From Trichoplax adhaerens (Eukaryota; Animalia; Placozoa), in NCBI RefSeq assembly GCF_000150275.1, contig NW_002060953.1, positions 1,337,693-1,401,692 of the forward strand: DNA of 64,000 nt, read 5' to 3'. The stretch's first letter is position 1, and each line of letters begins with the position of its first letter. A model generated the notes under the pieces. That model was not told where the DNA came from. It did no database searches and saw nothing but the letters and a program-made list of their open reading frames with translations. Shown piece by piece: positions 13,106 to 27,027 of the stretch. Made by a program: the position numbers and the translations under genes.

Positions 13106-13308
13106 ACTATCATCAACTAGAACTTGAATCATCTTACTGCTATCTATCACACATTAATAATCAATATCAAATATGTAATGAACTATTACAAACAACATCC
13201 ACATTAAGGCATTACTTATCTTACCTAGCATTACAAATATGAATATTCTCCATACTAGCTACTACTGTACTTATTAAAATATCCTAATGGCAAGGCAATA
13301 CCGTAACA
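13106..13308 (-). repeat. Truncated inverted copy of the 5' ~200 bp of the family F LTR
   Basis: Reverse complement of 11835-12037 with only about a dozen substitutions. Confidence 0.88.
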
Positions 13309-13571
13309 GCTAATTACTACAAAATTCTGTACATGATAACTAAATCGTAATAACATTATTGTTATTAAAAATACTGATAGCGCGATAAATATGTTTAATA
13401 CGATTGATATAGTATGAAATAAAAATCAATTAAAAGTAAAGAAAGTTATGTTATATTGTGTTGTGCCTTAGAACGTATACTTCGTAAAGATTTCAGTTAC
13501 TTTATCGTAGGCTAGAGAAATGCTATTACGAATTAAAGTAAAATTCACTAGAAGAAGAGAGTAATTTCTTG

Positions 13572-13977
13572 TGTCATAAGGGTAGTTGTAGCACACAAAA
13601 ATCTGCATAAACCAGACATGTCATCCAAATCTTTATTACATAATAACTATTATCAAACTGAGTGCGTTATATAAAATTGTAGTACTGGTTTACTTTCAGG
13701 TTTTGTTTGCATAATATTTCTCTTAGTATTCGCTAATACTTAACGATTTATTACATCAAGAAGCCAAAGTAATCACATTAACACCAAAACGTATTAGTCT
13801 ACAATATGCCGTAGTTATAGACTAGCTAACCTCACTCTCTAAAAATAAATAACTTTAGTGTTACTTATTTTGATAACTGTTACCAAATCTCATTTTCTCA
13901 AACTAGGCAAACTATCAGCAATTGCTTAGATAACCGTTGCTTTAAAGCTGTTTAGCTACTAACATGTAATAACTGAC
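13572..13977 (-). mobile_element. Putative solo LTR
   Basis: Starts TGTCATAAG, has minus-strand AATAAA (~13632) and a TATA-like element (~13670), and is flanked by TCTTG on both sides. The right end reads TGAC rather than TGACA. Confidence 0.4.
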
Positions 13978-14847
13978 TCTTGGGATTTATCGTAACTTAT
14001 CTATTATTAGATTATATCCAAGACTAACAATTAAAGCATTAATATTCTCTCCTCCTGAAAATTTAAGAATTCATAAATTTAAATAAATAGAGGAAGATAA
14101 CCTAACTTATAGATATCATATGTGGATATCCAAATATAACTATTGCTAATGAAAAATCAACTATCCATTAAAGTACATATAATGCATCAGAATAATGTGT
14201 CCATGCTAAGGATAATGTCACTATAGAAGCAGCAGAAATCATACGAAATGCTCAGAAATCATTAGAACCTCTGCATGCTTCATTATGTAATTGGTAAGCT
14301 AGGCTATCTTGGATCAATTTAAGAAACTCCCAACAAACCGTAAAAATAATATCAGTCTGAGCAGCCAGCAGAAATGATCAAAAGATAATAGACTAGCTGA
14401 TAAAAATATAAGGTTATGACTATAATTCATAGCTTTCTGAAAGATATGATGATTAAGTTACTTAGTTTTTGTAAAAAAAAATACAAGATTATTAATCACG
14501 GTATTGTTTGAATCCATGGGTCTTTCTACATTTTACTGTTATTCTAGAAATTCTTTAAAATTCTTTAAATTTTTAAGCAGTCTAGTTGTAGGGTTTACAA
14601 GGATATTATGATAGGCCGTATATTTTCACTGTTTATTTATAACTACTACTTATAATCCGTAAATCTTAAATTTGAACAAATTCCCAAAAATTAAATGGAG
14701 TAAGAGAACACTGTATAGGTGCATATGGTAAGAAGGAACGAAAAATATTATCTAAATAATTCTGGTAGCAGACATGCACGTACACAGCTGTAATTACATA
14801 ACAAATTAAGTGAGGCTGAAATTAAGAAATTCGAAGTGATGCGCTGT

Positions 14848-15851
14848 TGTGAAGTAACTTCGTATTGTGATCGTAGACTATTAGCTATATTTAGTATGAT
14901 GTACGGTTATGTCGTTTCTATATTTATGTTATGATATATTTAGTAGTTCATAATTATAGATTGTATGGTAGGAATTTTATGCTAGAGTACAGATAACTAT
15001 ATACGGTAAAACATTGAGTTACTTATAAGGTTACAGGTAGAAATATAATTGTAAATCATATATTATGATATGCTTAGTGCATTGTACTTTGAGTGTTAGA
15101 AATAATGTCTTCGAGAATACTGAAATCATTTCTGTATTGGATTAATGATGATTCGCTGTAAAATATTGTGACTAAAAATATGCTAAGTAAAAGTAAAATA
15201 TGGTGGAATGCTGTCATGCTGATGTCACGGTACGAACTACCGCGAAGAAATCGCTATCTAAATTTGCTTAATATAATATTGTGATATTATATTACAACTA
15301 GTTACTTATAATAGGAATTACTCTAATTATAAATGTGTTACAGTAAATTTAATGCTGTGCTGTGATGTGCACTGAAATGGTTCTATGAATGGACATATTG
15401 TAGTCCAACTGTGAAAAATTAGTTAGCAGATGTTCTCACCTAAGTATTTTTATAAGATAAATCGTGATTGTTAGCGGCTGTAGAAGGGTATATAAGCCCG
15501 TCAGATAGTTGAATAAAGTAGTTCTCAATTGTCTAGTTGAGTTTAACGTAGAATCAAAGGCGTCTAAATTCTTGTGAGTAGGGATACTGAATGTCGGAGA
15601 CTATAGTAATTTAGAGATTTATTTTACGTTATTCTTGTCACGAAGCTGGCTTATGACAGCTGATTGTAGTTGCGAAGGCTAGGGGAGAGTATAAAAGCAG
15701 GAGACATTAGATTATCTGACTGTTCTTTCTAGGAAAGGTTCAGCATTTGTATTCAGCTAGGGTAGAGCTGTGTTAGCTGGTCATTGTATTAAATCTAATA
15801 AAGTTCTAATTTTTTATAACTTTGAAATTTCAGTGATCGGATTTTATCACA
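14848..15851 (+). mobile_element. Family A solo LTR (diverged), split by a nested family C LTR
   Basis: 14848-15222 and 15664-15851 join into one family A copy in reverse orientation, with TATAAAA near 15690 and AATAAA near 15797. Flanks GCTGT/ACTTT (3/5). Confidence 0.8.
15223..15658 (+). mobile_element. Family C solo LTR nested in a family A LTR
   Basis: TGTCACGG...TATGACA with perfect TSD GCTGA (15218-15222, 15659-15663). Homologous to 44451-45020. Confidence 0.88.
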
Positions 15852-15960
15852 ACTTTAAACTCATAAAAGGCATCTCTACGCTAGACAACATAATCGAGCG
15901 ATAAATAATTGCTAAATATTTATGCGAAAATATCTGTGTAATCATTATTCATTGCCCTTT

Positions 15961-16523
15961 TGTAACGAAATTTGGTAATGTGATTGTACACTTCTAGCCA
16001 TGTTAGTAAGATGTATGGGAGCATAACTTTCTATACTTATCTTAAGACGTATTTAGTAGCTCACTACTATGAACTGTAATAGTAGATTCTATGCTATAGC
16101 ACTGATGACTATATATAGTAAGACGTTGAGTTACTATTAAGGCTAGAGGTAAAAATAGAACTGTAATTTATCTATTAGGATATACTTAGTTTACCGTAAT
16201 TTGACTACTAAGAATAGTATCTACCGAAATGCTGTAGTTGTGTCTATATCAGATTAATGATGGATGGCTGAAAAATATTGTCTCTAATAATAGTTTGACT
16301 ATGTGTACATGGAGGTAGAATGTTGCTATGCTGATTATGGCTGGGACTGCTACAAAATGAATATAAATTGGCTACTTTAGACTATTCAGTTCGTTCTTTC
16401 TAGAAGTCCTGTAATAGTTGTATTAGGCTAGAGTAGAGGTGTGTGTAGATAGTCTTTGTATTAGATCTACCAAAGTTCTAATTTTTTACAACTTTGGAAT
16501 TTTCGTGATTGGATTATATCACA
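15961..16523 (+). mobile_element. Family A solo LTR (diverged)
   Basis: TGTAAC...ATCACA, the reverse complement of the family A consensus. TSD CCTTT/CTTTT. Confidence 0.83.
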
Positions 16524-18925
16524 CTTTTTTATAATCCTTCTACAAAATAGCCGTTTAATTCTCATAAATCATGACTCATACATTGAAATTATCTTATGAC
16601 CACAACATAATTCTATAAAACAAATTCTCTTCATTAGAAATATCAATTGATATTAGCAAATAAATCACGTAAAAGTAGCTAAATTTGAAGAATGATACGT
16701 CGTGGTTTAAGCTTGAAGGTTTTAAAGCTATATTTAGATACATTGCAGCAAAGCATTATTTTCTATTAGATAGTCTTCATTCAACTACGTCAGTGACATA
16801 AACTTCCGCAGGCTGATTTATATACCCTAAATATTTCCCCAAAAAGGGTTCAAGGTCAAACGACATTAAAAATTTGTATTTTACATCACGAAATGAAATT
16901 TCAAGGTATCATCAAAACTTTATGGACAACCAAATGTGTCTAAGCAAAAATTAAATGTTTTAGCATTAAAAATTTTCGCCTTATCTATTCCCAAAAGGGT
17001 ATCTTTATTGACCACATATGGTAGCTAACAAGAAAGAAAATTTATTTAGCGGTCAAATTATCAATTTTTTGTATTCTAAATTTCCGTAACTTTACTTTGC
17101 TTAGCTACACTAGTTATTTGGCTATCAACTCTAACTTATGAATTCAAAGAAATGAAACAAATTCGATAAACACGTATTTCTTTTATATAACTAACTCCGG
17201 GATGTGTCTTGTTTGGAGACTAACTTTTCTAACTGTAGAGATTTGAGATAGACAACAGGGGTTCACACTAATTAAGTTTAGTTTTATTTATTACTAGCTA
17301 CTTCATAGATTAATATTAGTGTACTCTAAACTAGTTTCAGTGGAACTGAATTTAAAATAAATAGCCAAGCATATATAGCTAACTCCCAAGTCGAACAGAT
17401 GCCCCGGTGCTAGTCTCTTATACAGAATTAAATAATATAATTTAGCACATAATATTCCTAAATAATGTTTTTATCATCTCAAGTTAATTTACTAAGTTAC
17501 ATCTTTCATACAAACACCTTAAATATCTGCTAGCTGTAAACAAGTTGTTTCAAGCTCCGTAACAGCGATATTTCATGTTTGAATACTAATAATTGCTAAA
17601 TGTACTTTAAAATTGTTTCTGAAATATGATCAACACAATTTTAGTAGTAAAAACATAACTTATTAGAGTAAAAGCGGTCCCGTACTGAAAAGTTTGCAAT
17701 AGAGTCAACAGAATTACTTTATAATATAAAAATATCACTTTAAGGGTCGTGCTCCTTTTAAGAATAATTAGTTAGCTTGCAATTAGATCTGAAATAAATC
17801 CTTCTAAGCTAATCATGTGACCATTAGCTAAAAGCTAACTTCATTGTGTGATATAAGTCATTACATACATAAGAGTATCAGTAATAGTAATCTGAAAATC
17901 AAATACTGTAATTTTTTTGTATTAAGGTACATTCCACTAATATTTAATTGTAAATCCACTTTAAGAGTTTACCAACACTCGAATTAATAAATATTTATAT
18001 GTAATTTTATTGCCATGAATTATAAATTAGCTGTCTTGATATCAGCCAAATCAAAACAAAATAACAGACGCGACATCATATTATGGTATTAGGAAAGATG
18101 TTTGGAAAAGAAATACTCAAGTTGTCGCTAACAAACTGATGAATAATTCTTTTATTATTAAATTCGATTAAAATCATTTTTATTTGCATATACTAATAAC
18201 AACATATTATCTTATTTGAAACAAATTTAATACTTAGTGAAATTATGATAGTTACAGTAAATATTTGACGTAACCACATGATAATTAATTGACTGTGTTG
18301 TTGAGGTTTAATGAAATGAAGAATTTACTAACACAAACAGTATAGGAGACACTGTGAGTAGTATGTAGCTAGCCGATATAATAGATAATACATAGTTCTT
18401 AACTATCTAAATTATTAATGACATTATTCAGAACCTTTCTTAGTCAATATTTTTATGCATTATCTAATCTTTAATGTAAATTTCATGATACTAAGAATTC
18501 GTTGTGATAGTTGTAAGTAATATCATATAGCTGTTTACCAACACAGCGCATAAATTCTTATAAATTAAAATATAATTTAATTTTGAAAGCGCAACGATAT
18601 GAAATAATTGACTTCAGCGACAGCGAAAACAAAATTGACCGTGACATTAATTAATATTTAATAGATATCCAAAATATTCTACTAAACAACAAAATTATTG
18701 TAGAAATTCAGTAAGGTATAAAATAGATCCATTAGATGAGTTTGATCATTTAGAAATTTTTCTCCTCGGCAGCAATTTTTATTAATCAGTTCTCGAACTC
18801 ATAGTTATGCGAATGTTCGAGGCACATTATAAAATCTCAACCCTATTCGTCTATTAAGATCATTTAACGGTTTCTGCTAATTCGAAAGTGTCATTTAGTG
18901 TATAAGTAATTCTAAACTAAAAATC

Positions 18926-19909
18926 ATGAATTTGACCATGACGAACGTCACTCAATGTTTGCAAGATCTAAGAACTTATAACAACAATCGAATATGGATT
19001 GCTATTGGCATTTTTACAGTTATCTGTAATCTAATATTATTTACAAGCGTGGTAAGGTCTAAATCCATTCAAACACCCTCCAACGTGATTATTTGTAGTT
19101 CATTTTTTATTGGAATTCTATTTGGTGGAATTTATATTATCCCTCGTTGGGGTGTTCGGAATTATGAAAATATTCACGTATTCTGCGCTTTTTTACCAGT
19201 ACTTGGATCATCATTTCTGCTCAACTATAATCTACATCAATGTTTAATAAGTATTGATCGACTAATTGCCATAAAATGGCCAATAGACTACAAGTCTTCA
19301 ATTAAATCTAAGCATTACATAATTACGGTGATATTCTTATGGATTATTTCTGTACTTGCTTCATCAATCCCTATAATGAGTTTTCGTGAAGTTCCAATGA
19401 ATGTTTGAACGCCAGTTTTTTACACTACTCCAGAAATCACCTACAGTTATGCGTTTTTTTTTGGTTTATTTTACATACCTATAGTTATTATAATTAGCTG
19501 TTACTCATACATTTTCTATAGAATATATGCAAGAAAGTCAAATTTTAGTAATAATAATGTGGAATCTGCTAACTCAATGCCAATGATTAGTCCTAAGAAA
19601 GCTATCACAGCATCTAAACAAATGTTTTTATTAGCGATACTATTTCTATTTATGCTTTTTCCCTATTTCTGTAATTATCAACTTCTTATTTTAACGATCA
19701 GTCTTTCTAATAACACTTTAGCTGGTTATTATAAATTACCTTGCTGGGTTCGTGTTACTCTTCTTGTAATAACTCGCTATATTGCATTCTTATACCCTAC
19801 AGTTAATCCCCTCTTGTACGTATATTTTGTTAAGAGTATTAAGACTGCGGTAATTGAATACTTTCATATTAGAGACAGCGAGTCATCTAGATCTATCAAA
19901 TATCGCTAA
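18926..19909 (+). pseudogene. Full-length GPCR paralog 3 with one in-frame TGA (19406-19408) at the ECL2 cysteine; recent pseudogene or recoded gene
   Basis: ORFs 18926-19408 and 19559-19909 share a frame and the 50 codons between them are open (TPVFYTTPEITYSYAFFFGLFYIPIVIIISCYSYIF...). The total of 984 nt equals intact paralog 1. DRL, W4.50, P5.50, P6.50 and YPTVNPLLY are retained. Confidence 0.85.
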
Positions 19910-20999
19910 TCTTAAATTTATTACTTTGAAAATAGTAATGTCACCTTTGAAAAGTTAACTGTATATAAGTTCTCTTAACCTCATGTAAAGTAGTCTAGTA
20001 TTTTCTTATCATCTTACCGTTAAAATATCAATTGCTATAATCACAATCAGAACTATTCTAAGTTTACCAGATTCATAGAAAAAATTAAAGGTATTACAAA
20101 TTTGATTTATTTACGATTATCACAAATTAAATTTAAATCTACCAATCTTTGAATCCTTAGCTTGATATCAATAAAAACTCAAAGTGAAACCTTATAAGTT
20201 GTAGCATAAATGTATCGAAGTTGCTATTTTTATTAGATGGTAAATTATGTACCATATGATTGCCATCAAGTTTAACTTAACAAATAACTAAATTTTTTGC
20301 CTTATTAAATTGATTTTACTATAATAAGTAATTATATCGTCGTTACTAATGCAGTATAAATAGAAACAACGCCGTAAAGCTAATTTATACATAGAATTAC
20401 TTCTCCTTTTGAAATCGATATTCCTTCTGCTTCCCATAAAATTTGACTTCAAAACTTTCATTTCCTTGGATTAGTAGCTGGATAACATAATTTGCAATAT
20501 GTTGGAGACTAGATAATAAATTATTATTGCAAAATAGCTTAACAATTACGCTTTAGGTTAACATGATTCCTTTTATAAAGGCTTTCTATGAATTTTACTC
20601 TTAATGAATTTATTGGTAATATTTCTCGTTATATTACACACGACTGCTAACTTATTAATATTATCTGAGTGTGGATAATTGATTAGATGCAACATTGCTA
20701 TAAACTAATCAGCTTTCAAAAAATTTGAGCTTTAGGCTTTATTCTAAAGGAATTGTTATTATTATTGCTAACAGACGATCAATGAGGGTCAGTAGCGTAC
20801 TTTAAGCGATAAATTTTAAAGAAGCTAAAACAGATATTTAGCTAACAATGTGTTTTTCCAGATTAATAAAGAATCTAAATTCGCATCTAAGTTATAAAGA
20901 TGAATTAAGAATTTACCATAATTATAACTAGTTGCAGTGTTGTAAGTTTCATTTGTACTGAACAAGAATTTTTGTATTGTAACTAAGTTAGTAGTTTAC

Positions 21000-21305
21000 A
21001 GTAGTGATTTTAGTTCTGATTAATAATAGAAATTGTTAAAATATGAATAGTTCTATAAATGGAAAAATAGTGCTGTAATCGAATGATTTAGAATCAGCCA
21101 GCAGATGTTTATGAGCAAGTGTTATTGAATTAATTTGGATACTAAGCAAGAATAGCCGCTAGATAGTGAAAATAATTTATCAATGTTAAGTGCCGCCAAA
21201 ATGTACGGTATATTAGCTTCACAAATTGTCGAATATAATCAATTCTGAAATCATACGATGAAATATAAAGGCGTCTGAGATATATTGAAGACTGAGGGTG
21301 CTGCA
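21000..21305 (+). mobile_element. Family C-like LTR remnant
   Basis: GTTCTATAAATGGA...AGCAGATGTT and AAGGCGTCT...GAGGGTGCTG match segments at 15380-15590. Termini not recognisable. Confidence 0.5.
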
Positions 21306-22528
21306 AATTCCATTAGTTTCAACACCCCAAAGATTAGCTATATCCCCGTTGGTACAGTTAAAATGTGCCATGAACCAATTTTTTGGACTAAATCTTTTAT
21401 TTAAATGATAAAAGCTGATTGATTATAAGATATTAAATTACAATAAGTTCGTATTACTTTTGTTACATTATTATACTGAAATCGAATTTAACAATTATTA
21501 TGCTCATAGTAGGAATCAATGTATTTCTAACGAGATTTTGGTAATGAATAATTGTAGGTTCAATAGGCTAGATATTTGCATTTCGTTGCTGAGCAACATC
21601 AATAAAAATTCTTTGATTATTTAAAATAGATTGAACTTTTACCTATACTATCACCTACTAAATAGTAACTTTGATACCGTGGTCTCCTACCAACTGATAT
21701 TGCCATTTAACTGTTAATCATCGGGTCTTCTTTAGAACTCACTTCCCTACGATTCAACTGTGCATTAAAATTATTTTAAACTTTTTTAACTTTTATGCTT
21801 AAAACTCCCACTATGTTATTAAATATATATGAAGTAATTGACTATGCCTATTGTTGATAATCAGGATTTCTTCTCATATTAGTAACACAATAGCAACTAT
21901 TATTAGTAATCCAACTACATCAATTTACAATGAAGACTAATTTTTAAATTTACCTTCAAGCTTTTGTATTATAATAGGCATTGTAGCTTTAAAAGGAATT
22001 TAGTTTGATTACAGTAGATTTGACTTGGTATCTTAGTATAAACCAGATTACTTTAATCATTTTAAATTTAAGAACAACCAGCGGTATAATTTTGTTAAGA
22101 AGTATGTATTGTAAGATTAAAATTTAACCGATGTTTTTAGTCGATGCAACGTATGTGCTACAAAGATGATAAATCGGTAGTCAATTTTTTGGGTAAAATA
22201 CAGTAAAAATTATATTACTTTGCTGCTAAATACAAGACAAATCAAAATATTTTGATCTGGGTTTTAGCTTTAGATTATTGGTATGTCATAGTGTTTTTTT
22301 TAAAGCTATATGTCGTCGTCATAAAATAATTAAACAATTGTCTTGGATACAACGTAGATTAGTAACCAGAGAATTGAGTGAACAGCAATAATCCATTCAA
22401 GAATGAGAATTAACTGTACTCCTGAAATCTTTTCATTATAAAAATGTAACAGTTTCTTTACCGTAATGAGTTAAACTAGCTAATTGAATATTTTTATTAA
22501 AAATTGAGATATTTACGTGATAGTAGAT

Positions 22529-23012
22529 TGTGTTATGGTGTTTGTTTGTAGAGGAGTTGAGTGAGCAACTGCTCTTACTTATTTCTTTTTATTTTTTTTC
22601 ATTTTTCATTCGACTAGGAGTATAGACTAGAAGAATATAAATCTCGATGCTGTTCTCATTTCTGTATTAGAGAGTTATTTACGTGGATAGGGTTTATAGC
22701 TGTGTTACAAGATTGCTACCGGATAATAGATTACAATTGTGAATTCTTCTGTATGAGATTAAGAGCAAATATCAGATAACTTAGAAAGTAAATGGAGCCT
22801 TTAGATAGGGTAGTATACGATAGAGAGACGTAGATAAGAATAAACTGTACTGATAGTGTTCTTAAGTGAAGATCTTGATCTCATTTGCTGAAGTAAATGG
22901 TTAAACCAATTTGGCCTAAGGAAGCGTAGCTCACAAACTCGAGAAGCTAGTGGTCCCAGTTGGGAGCGTAATTCTAGGTAACGCTGATCCAGTATACTAA
23001 ATTCAGGTAACA
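22529..23012 (+). mobile_element. Putative solo LTR
   Basis: G-rich block starting TG and ending GGTAACA, with AATAAA at ~22839 and flanks TAGAT/TTGAT. Single copy with ambiguous ends. Confidence 0.3.
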
Positions 23013-26000
23013 TTGATTTAATGCAAACACACAATAGCAACCTAAATGTACTAATGCTACGTATATTAGCACATCTTATTAAAAGTGCTATCCAAGTCAT
23101 TCCACTTAAGATATCATAACTCTTCTATTAATTTCTAGCACCTTTCAGTGTTATTATCAGATGTGGAATGCATTAGTACAGTCATGTTAAGATATCGCTA
23201 CTGATAATTTATTCTGATAGTAGTATTAAGGCTAATGATGCATTATAAGTAATTAATGTAAAATAGCTATAAGTTTTTACATTAATCTAGCAAATCTACC
23301 CCATGACTTACTATTAATTATGATGAGTGTTCTAATACTTGTTTCTGTATGGATAATTTTTAATGCGTGTCTGCCTATTGTCCTGTATAGAATTTTTTCA
23401 TTAAATACGTAAAATAAAACTTTATTAGCTATCACTAATACCACACCCGTTATATGAACGCGAAGATATATTACGCCTCTAAAACTACGATATTTTTGGA
23501 TAATACTATTTTTAATTAGCTATTATAGCTCAAGTACACCTTTCAGCTAGCAAATCACTAGATTGCTTTTATTTATGAATAATCTCATATATAAATTTAT
23601 TCGTAGTTAACTGCTAAATATATTAATTATTATTTATTATTTTTTCAATAATAATAAGAACTGAATAGCAGGTCTGAAAAATCTGTATATCTACACAGTA
23701 ATTATGTATTAATATTGTATAACCGATTACAAGAGTTATAACGATCTCAGTAATTGTTAATATACGTACACGCAGAACTTAATTCTATCAGTTAGTTAGT
23801 TAAAATATTATATGTTATCACTACTTTATCCTGCCGAACAGACATATCTGGGCGTAGGTAAATAAGAATGAGAATGATGTACAAAAACAGAAAACTGTCA
23901 TTGCCATCATTGGACAATCTTCATGGTTACCGCAAGTCTTCCATTTGATATTCCAATTGCAGTATCTATTTACAATAATTGTAACTTAATCTAATTGATT
24001 TATTAATGGAACCTCTACTGCTCATAATAGCAAAACTCGGTACAGCCAGTTCCTAAATAAACTGACTTTACCATCATAACAGCAAAAAGGCCTACAAAGA
24101 ATTAATAAAGCCTTTATAATTGAAATACAGTAGTAAATTGATAACTTTTTTCGACAATGTGAAAACTGTAGCAGATTTAGCAGCTTCTTTTATAATTATA
24201 TAATAGTAATTATAACGCTACACTGTGCGTTTATAAGACAGCTTTTTTGAAGATTAGTCTTAAAAAGCTTATTTTTATACCATGCTTAGTCCGAAAGGTT
24301 TTATGAATGTAGGCAAAATCATTTTAATGTAGCTAAATACTTGTAGAATACTAGATCTGAGTAAAGGTTTCATGCAGTAAGCTTATCGGTAAACGATACT
24401 TTCGAATCTAAGCGTTCCATATCAATATTCAACCTAAAATTACCAACAAAGTTACCCAAAAACAGATAGAGGTGTTTACCATGGGATTGTGAAATAAGGT
24501 AGTTATCTTCAGTTGAAAAAATTGCATTACATTGTTTCAATACAAGCGGACTTGTCCTCAATTTTCTATTAATTCTACTGTGTGATTCCATCCTTTACGA
24601 ATTACAATGCATACCGTGATCCCTAATTTTTAATTGGATTTTTGAAGATTTCCAAAATAAATTGTTAGAAGAAAAATTTAAAGTATAGGTCCTGTCATAT
24701 ATGTACTATCATATATGTTTCTGAATACGGCATTGTCTATACTTTGTACTAGTCAATTTCTGCAGCACCGTAGAATAATTTGAGTATACAAGATCTATAT
24801 TTAATGATTTATTACGCGTAATTTTATTTATCCTATAATTTAAAAGCGTTATAGTGATGCCCTAATACAACAATAACCCATTCTTATCAATTTCCGCACT
24901 CATAAATAATGATCCTCGCTACTGTGCGTTCTGCGTAGTAAAAACAATTTTCAAGTATTTATCTCAGCAAGTAGCTCTAATAATTATATGATAAGCTTGT
25001 ACTCTTTGATTTTTTCACGTAACTAAAGCAATTTGACTAGATTACACCTTTCATGTATGCCATTATCTTATATAGCTTCATTAAACACAATCTTCCTATA
25101 AATATCATAATCGATGCCATTAATTTTTTATAACACCGAACTGTTAAGATACGCGTAGACTGTCTTTCTTTCGAAATGCCACGCTTCCGCTCAGCATGAT
25201 TATCAAGTCCTTGTATGAAATGAAAGAAACATGATGGTAACGTCTGAAAGTGTCTATTGAAACTGATCTGAGAGTGAAGAGAGCGAAATAAGCATGCCTT
25301 TAAACGTGCGTTTTCAGTTTCAGCGTTAATATTTGCATTATTAAAGAAGTTTAAGTAGGCTACATTTTACAATGCGTTCCATGTTTTTTGTTCAATTTTA
25401 TTCTTAACTATATTTTAAGACGTGTTAAACATTGATCACAATAGATTTTGAATTGGACATTTCGCTGATACCTTATAACAACAATATACATAATATAGTA
25501 TATCAGAAATTTTATTGCCTTGCTAATGTTTTCATTATAAACTGAGAATAAATAGTAAAGGTCGTAAATATATGATGCAATGTGATACAATTAACTTATT
25601 CATTTTGTAAAGTTAAATTGTATCAAGATCATACAGTGAGTGATGCCGTACTGACAACTGATTTTGTTGGTCTTATCATAAATACATTCGCAAACTTTAA
25701 TAATTGATCAGAAAATGCACGTGGAGTTAAGTGATACAACAGACAAAGTATGTTCCTTAAACTACGATGACAGTTTCTCATATCAAGATCAAGGTAAATT
25801 GCTAAAATTCTCAAGAGTTTCGAACAATATAAGCAATTAGATTAACGCCATCCATAATTAAGGCCTTCCATATATGCTCGTAATTTAACTATCCAGTCGT
25901 AATAGTTGATATTGGCTACGATCTTTTGCGAAGGCCGCTTAAATATTTTGTCGCATTAGTGAAAGATTCGATAAAAAAGTATGGTAATAAGAGCATTTTT

Positions 26001-26049
26001 AGATCTTTTAGAAATATAAACCGATTATTCATTGCTTTCGATAGCCATT

Positions 26050-27027
26050 ATGACCAATGTTTCCTACGTTACTTACAGAGATTTTATATCAATTAACGAT
26101 CACTCATTAAGGATAGGGATTGGAGCATTAGCTATTACAACGAATCTAATCTTATTTACTGGCTTAATTTCCTCGCCATCTATTCATTTACCATCTAATA
26201 TTATCATCTGTAGCTCATTTTTTATCGGTATCCTTTTTGGTGGATTCTACATTATGCCAAGATGGGATATAGGAGTATCGCGTCCACAAAGCAATTTTTG
26301 TTCGTAACTACCTGTTATTGGATAATCATTCCTTTTCAATAATAATTTACATCAGTGCTTTATCGGTATTGGCCGATATATTGCGGTAAAATAGCCGATG
26401 CAATATAAAAGCAAGATAACCAAAAGGCGTTATATTACTTCAGTTTTCATCCTGAGGTTTATTTCTTTTCTTTCCGCATCAATCCCAATCATGACTTTCC
26501 GTCCACTTTAAGTTAATCATTGTACGACCATATCTTTACCAAATCTTATTTCCGAAACTACGTTTTTCTATATATATCATTCTGGCATATTCTTCATTCC
26601 AGTTATTATTACGTTGTGTTGCTACAGTTATTTTTATTATGTTACCCTAAAGCTTAGATTTTCACAAGCAAAGGATGATAGTGTTGTATTTAGATCTCGG
26701 CGATACTTTAAGTTCAAGAAGAAAATAACCGCAGCTGCTCTGCAAATAAGCATTTTAGCCACAATTTTTATCGTAATGATGCTACCTTTTACTGTTGTTT
26801 TTCAGATTCTATTCGTAACTTTCCATTCTAAAGAGTCTTATTTACAATTAATATGTTGGATGCATGATTATTTGTCAGTTATATGCCGGTATATAGTCTT
26901 TACGTATCCTGCAATTGACCATGTATTACATGATTACTTTGTTAAATTAATTCGAACTGCTGTTATGAAAAAATGTAGTTTATTCCATAATAGAAAATCG
27001 AATTTTGTTAACTCGCAAAATCATTAG
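26050..27027 (+). pseudogene. GPCR paralog 4 pseudogene (4 in-frame stops, no frameshift)
   Basis: Single frame from ATG 26050 to 27027, with stops TAA 26305, TAA 26323, TAG 26392 (Trp codon in paralogs) and TAA 26509. Motifs are eroded: DRY to GRY, W4.50 to R, NPLLY to DHVLH. Clear homology in PSNIIICSSFFIGILFGG.YI.PRW. Confidence 0.92.

Noticed and set aside
20237-20268. Hairpin GATGGTAA...TTGCCATC downstream of the UGA-containing GPCR as a SECIS
   Set aside because: It lacks the SECIS layout (5' AUGA and 3' GA quartet, ~11-bp helix II, apical AA) and lies past the first AATAAA.
22801-25814. Short minus-strand ORFs (22801-23100, 24370-24591, 25408-25590, 25629-25814) and similar 60-100 aa ORFs elsewhere
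   Set aside because: No recognisable domains or paralog support, and the lengths are compatible with chance.
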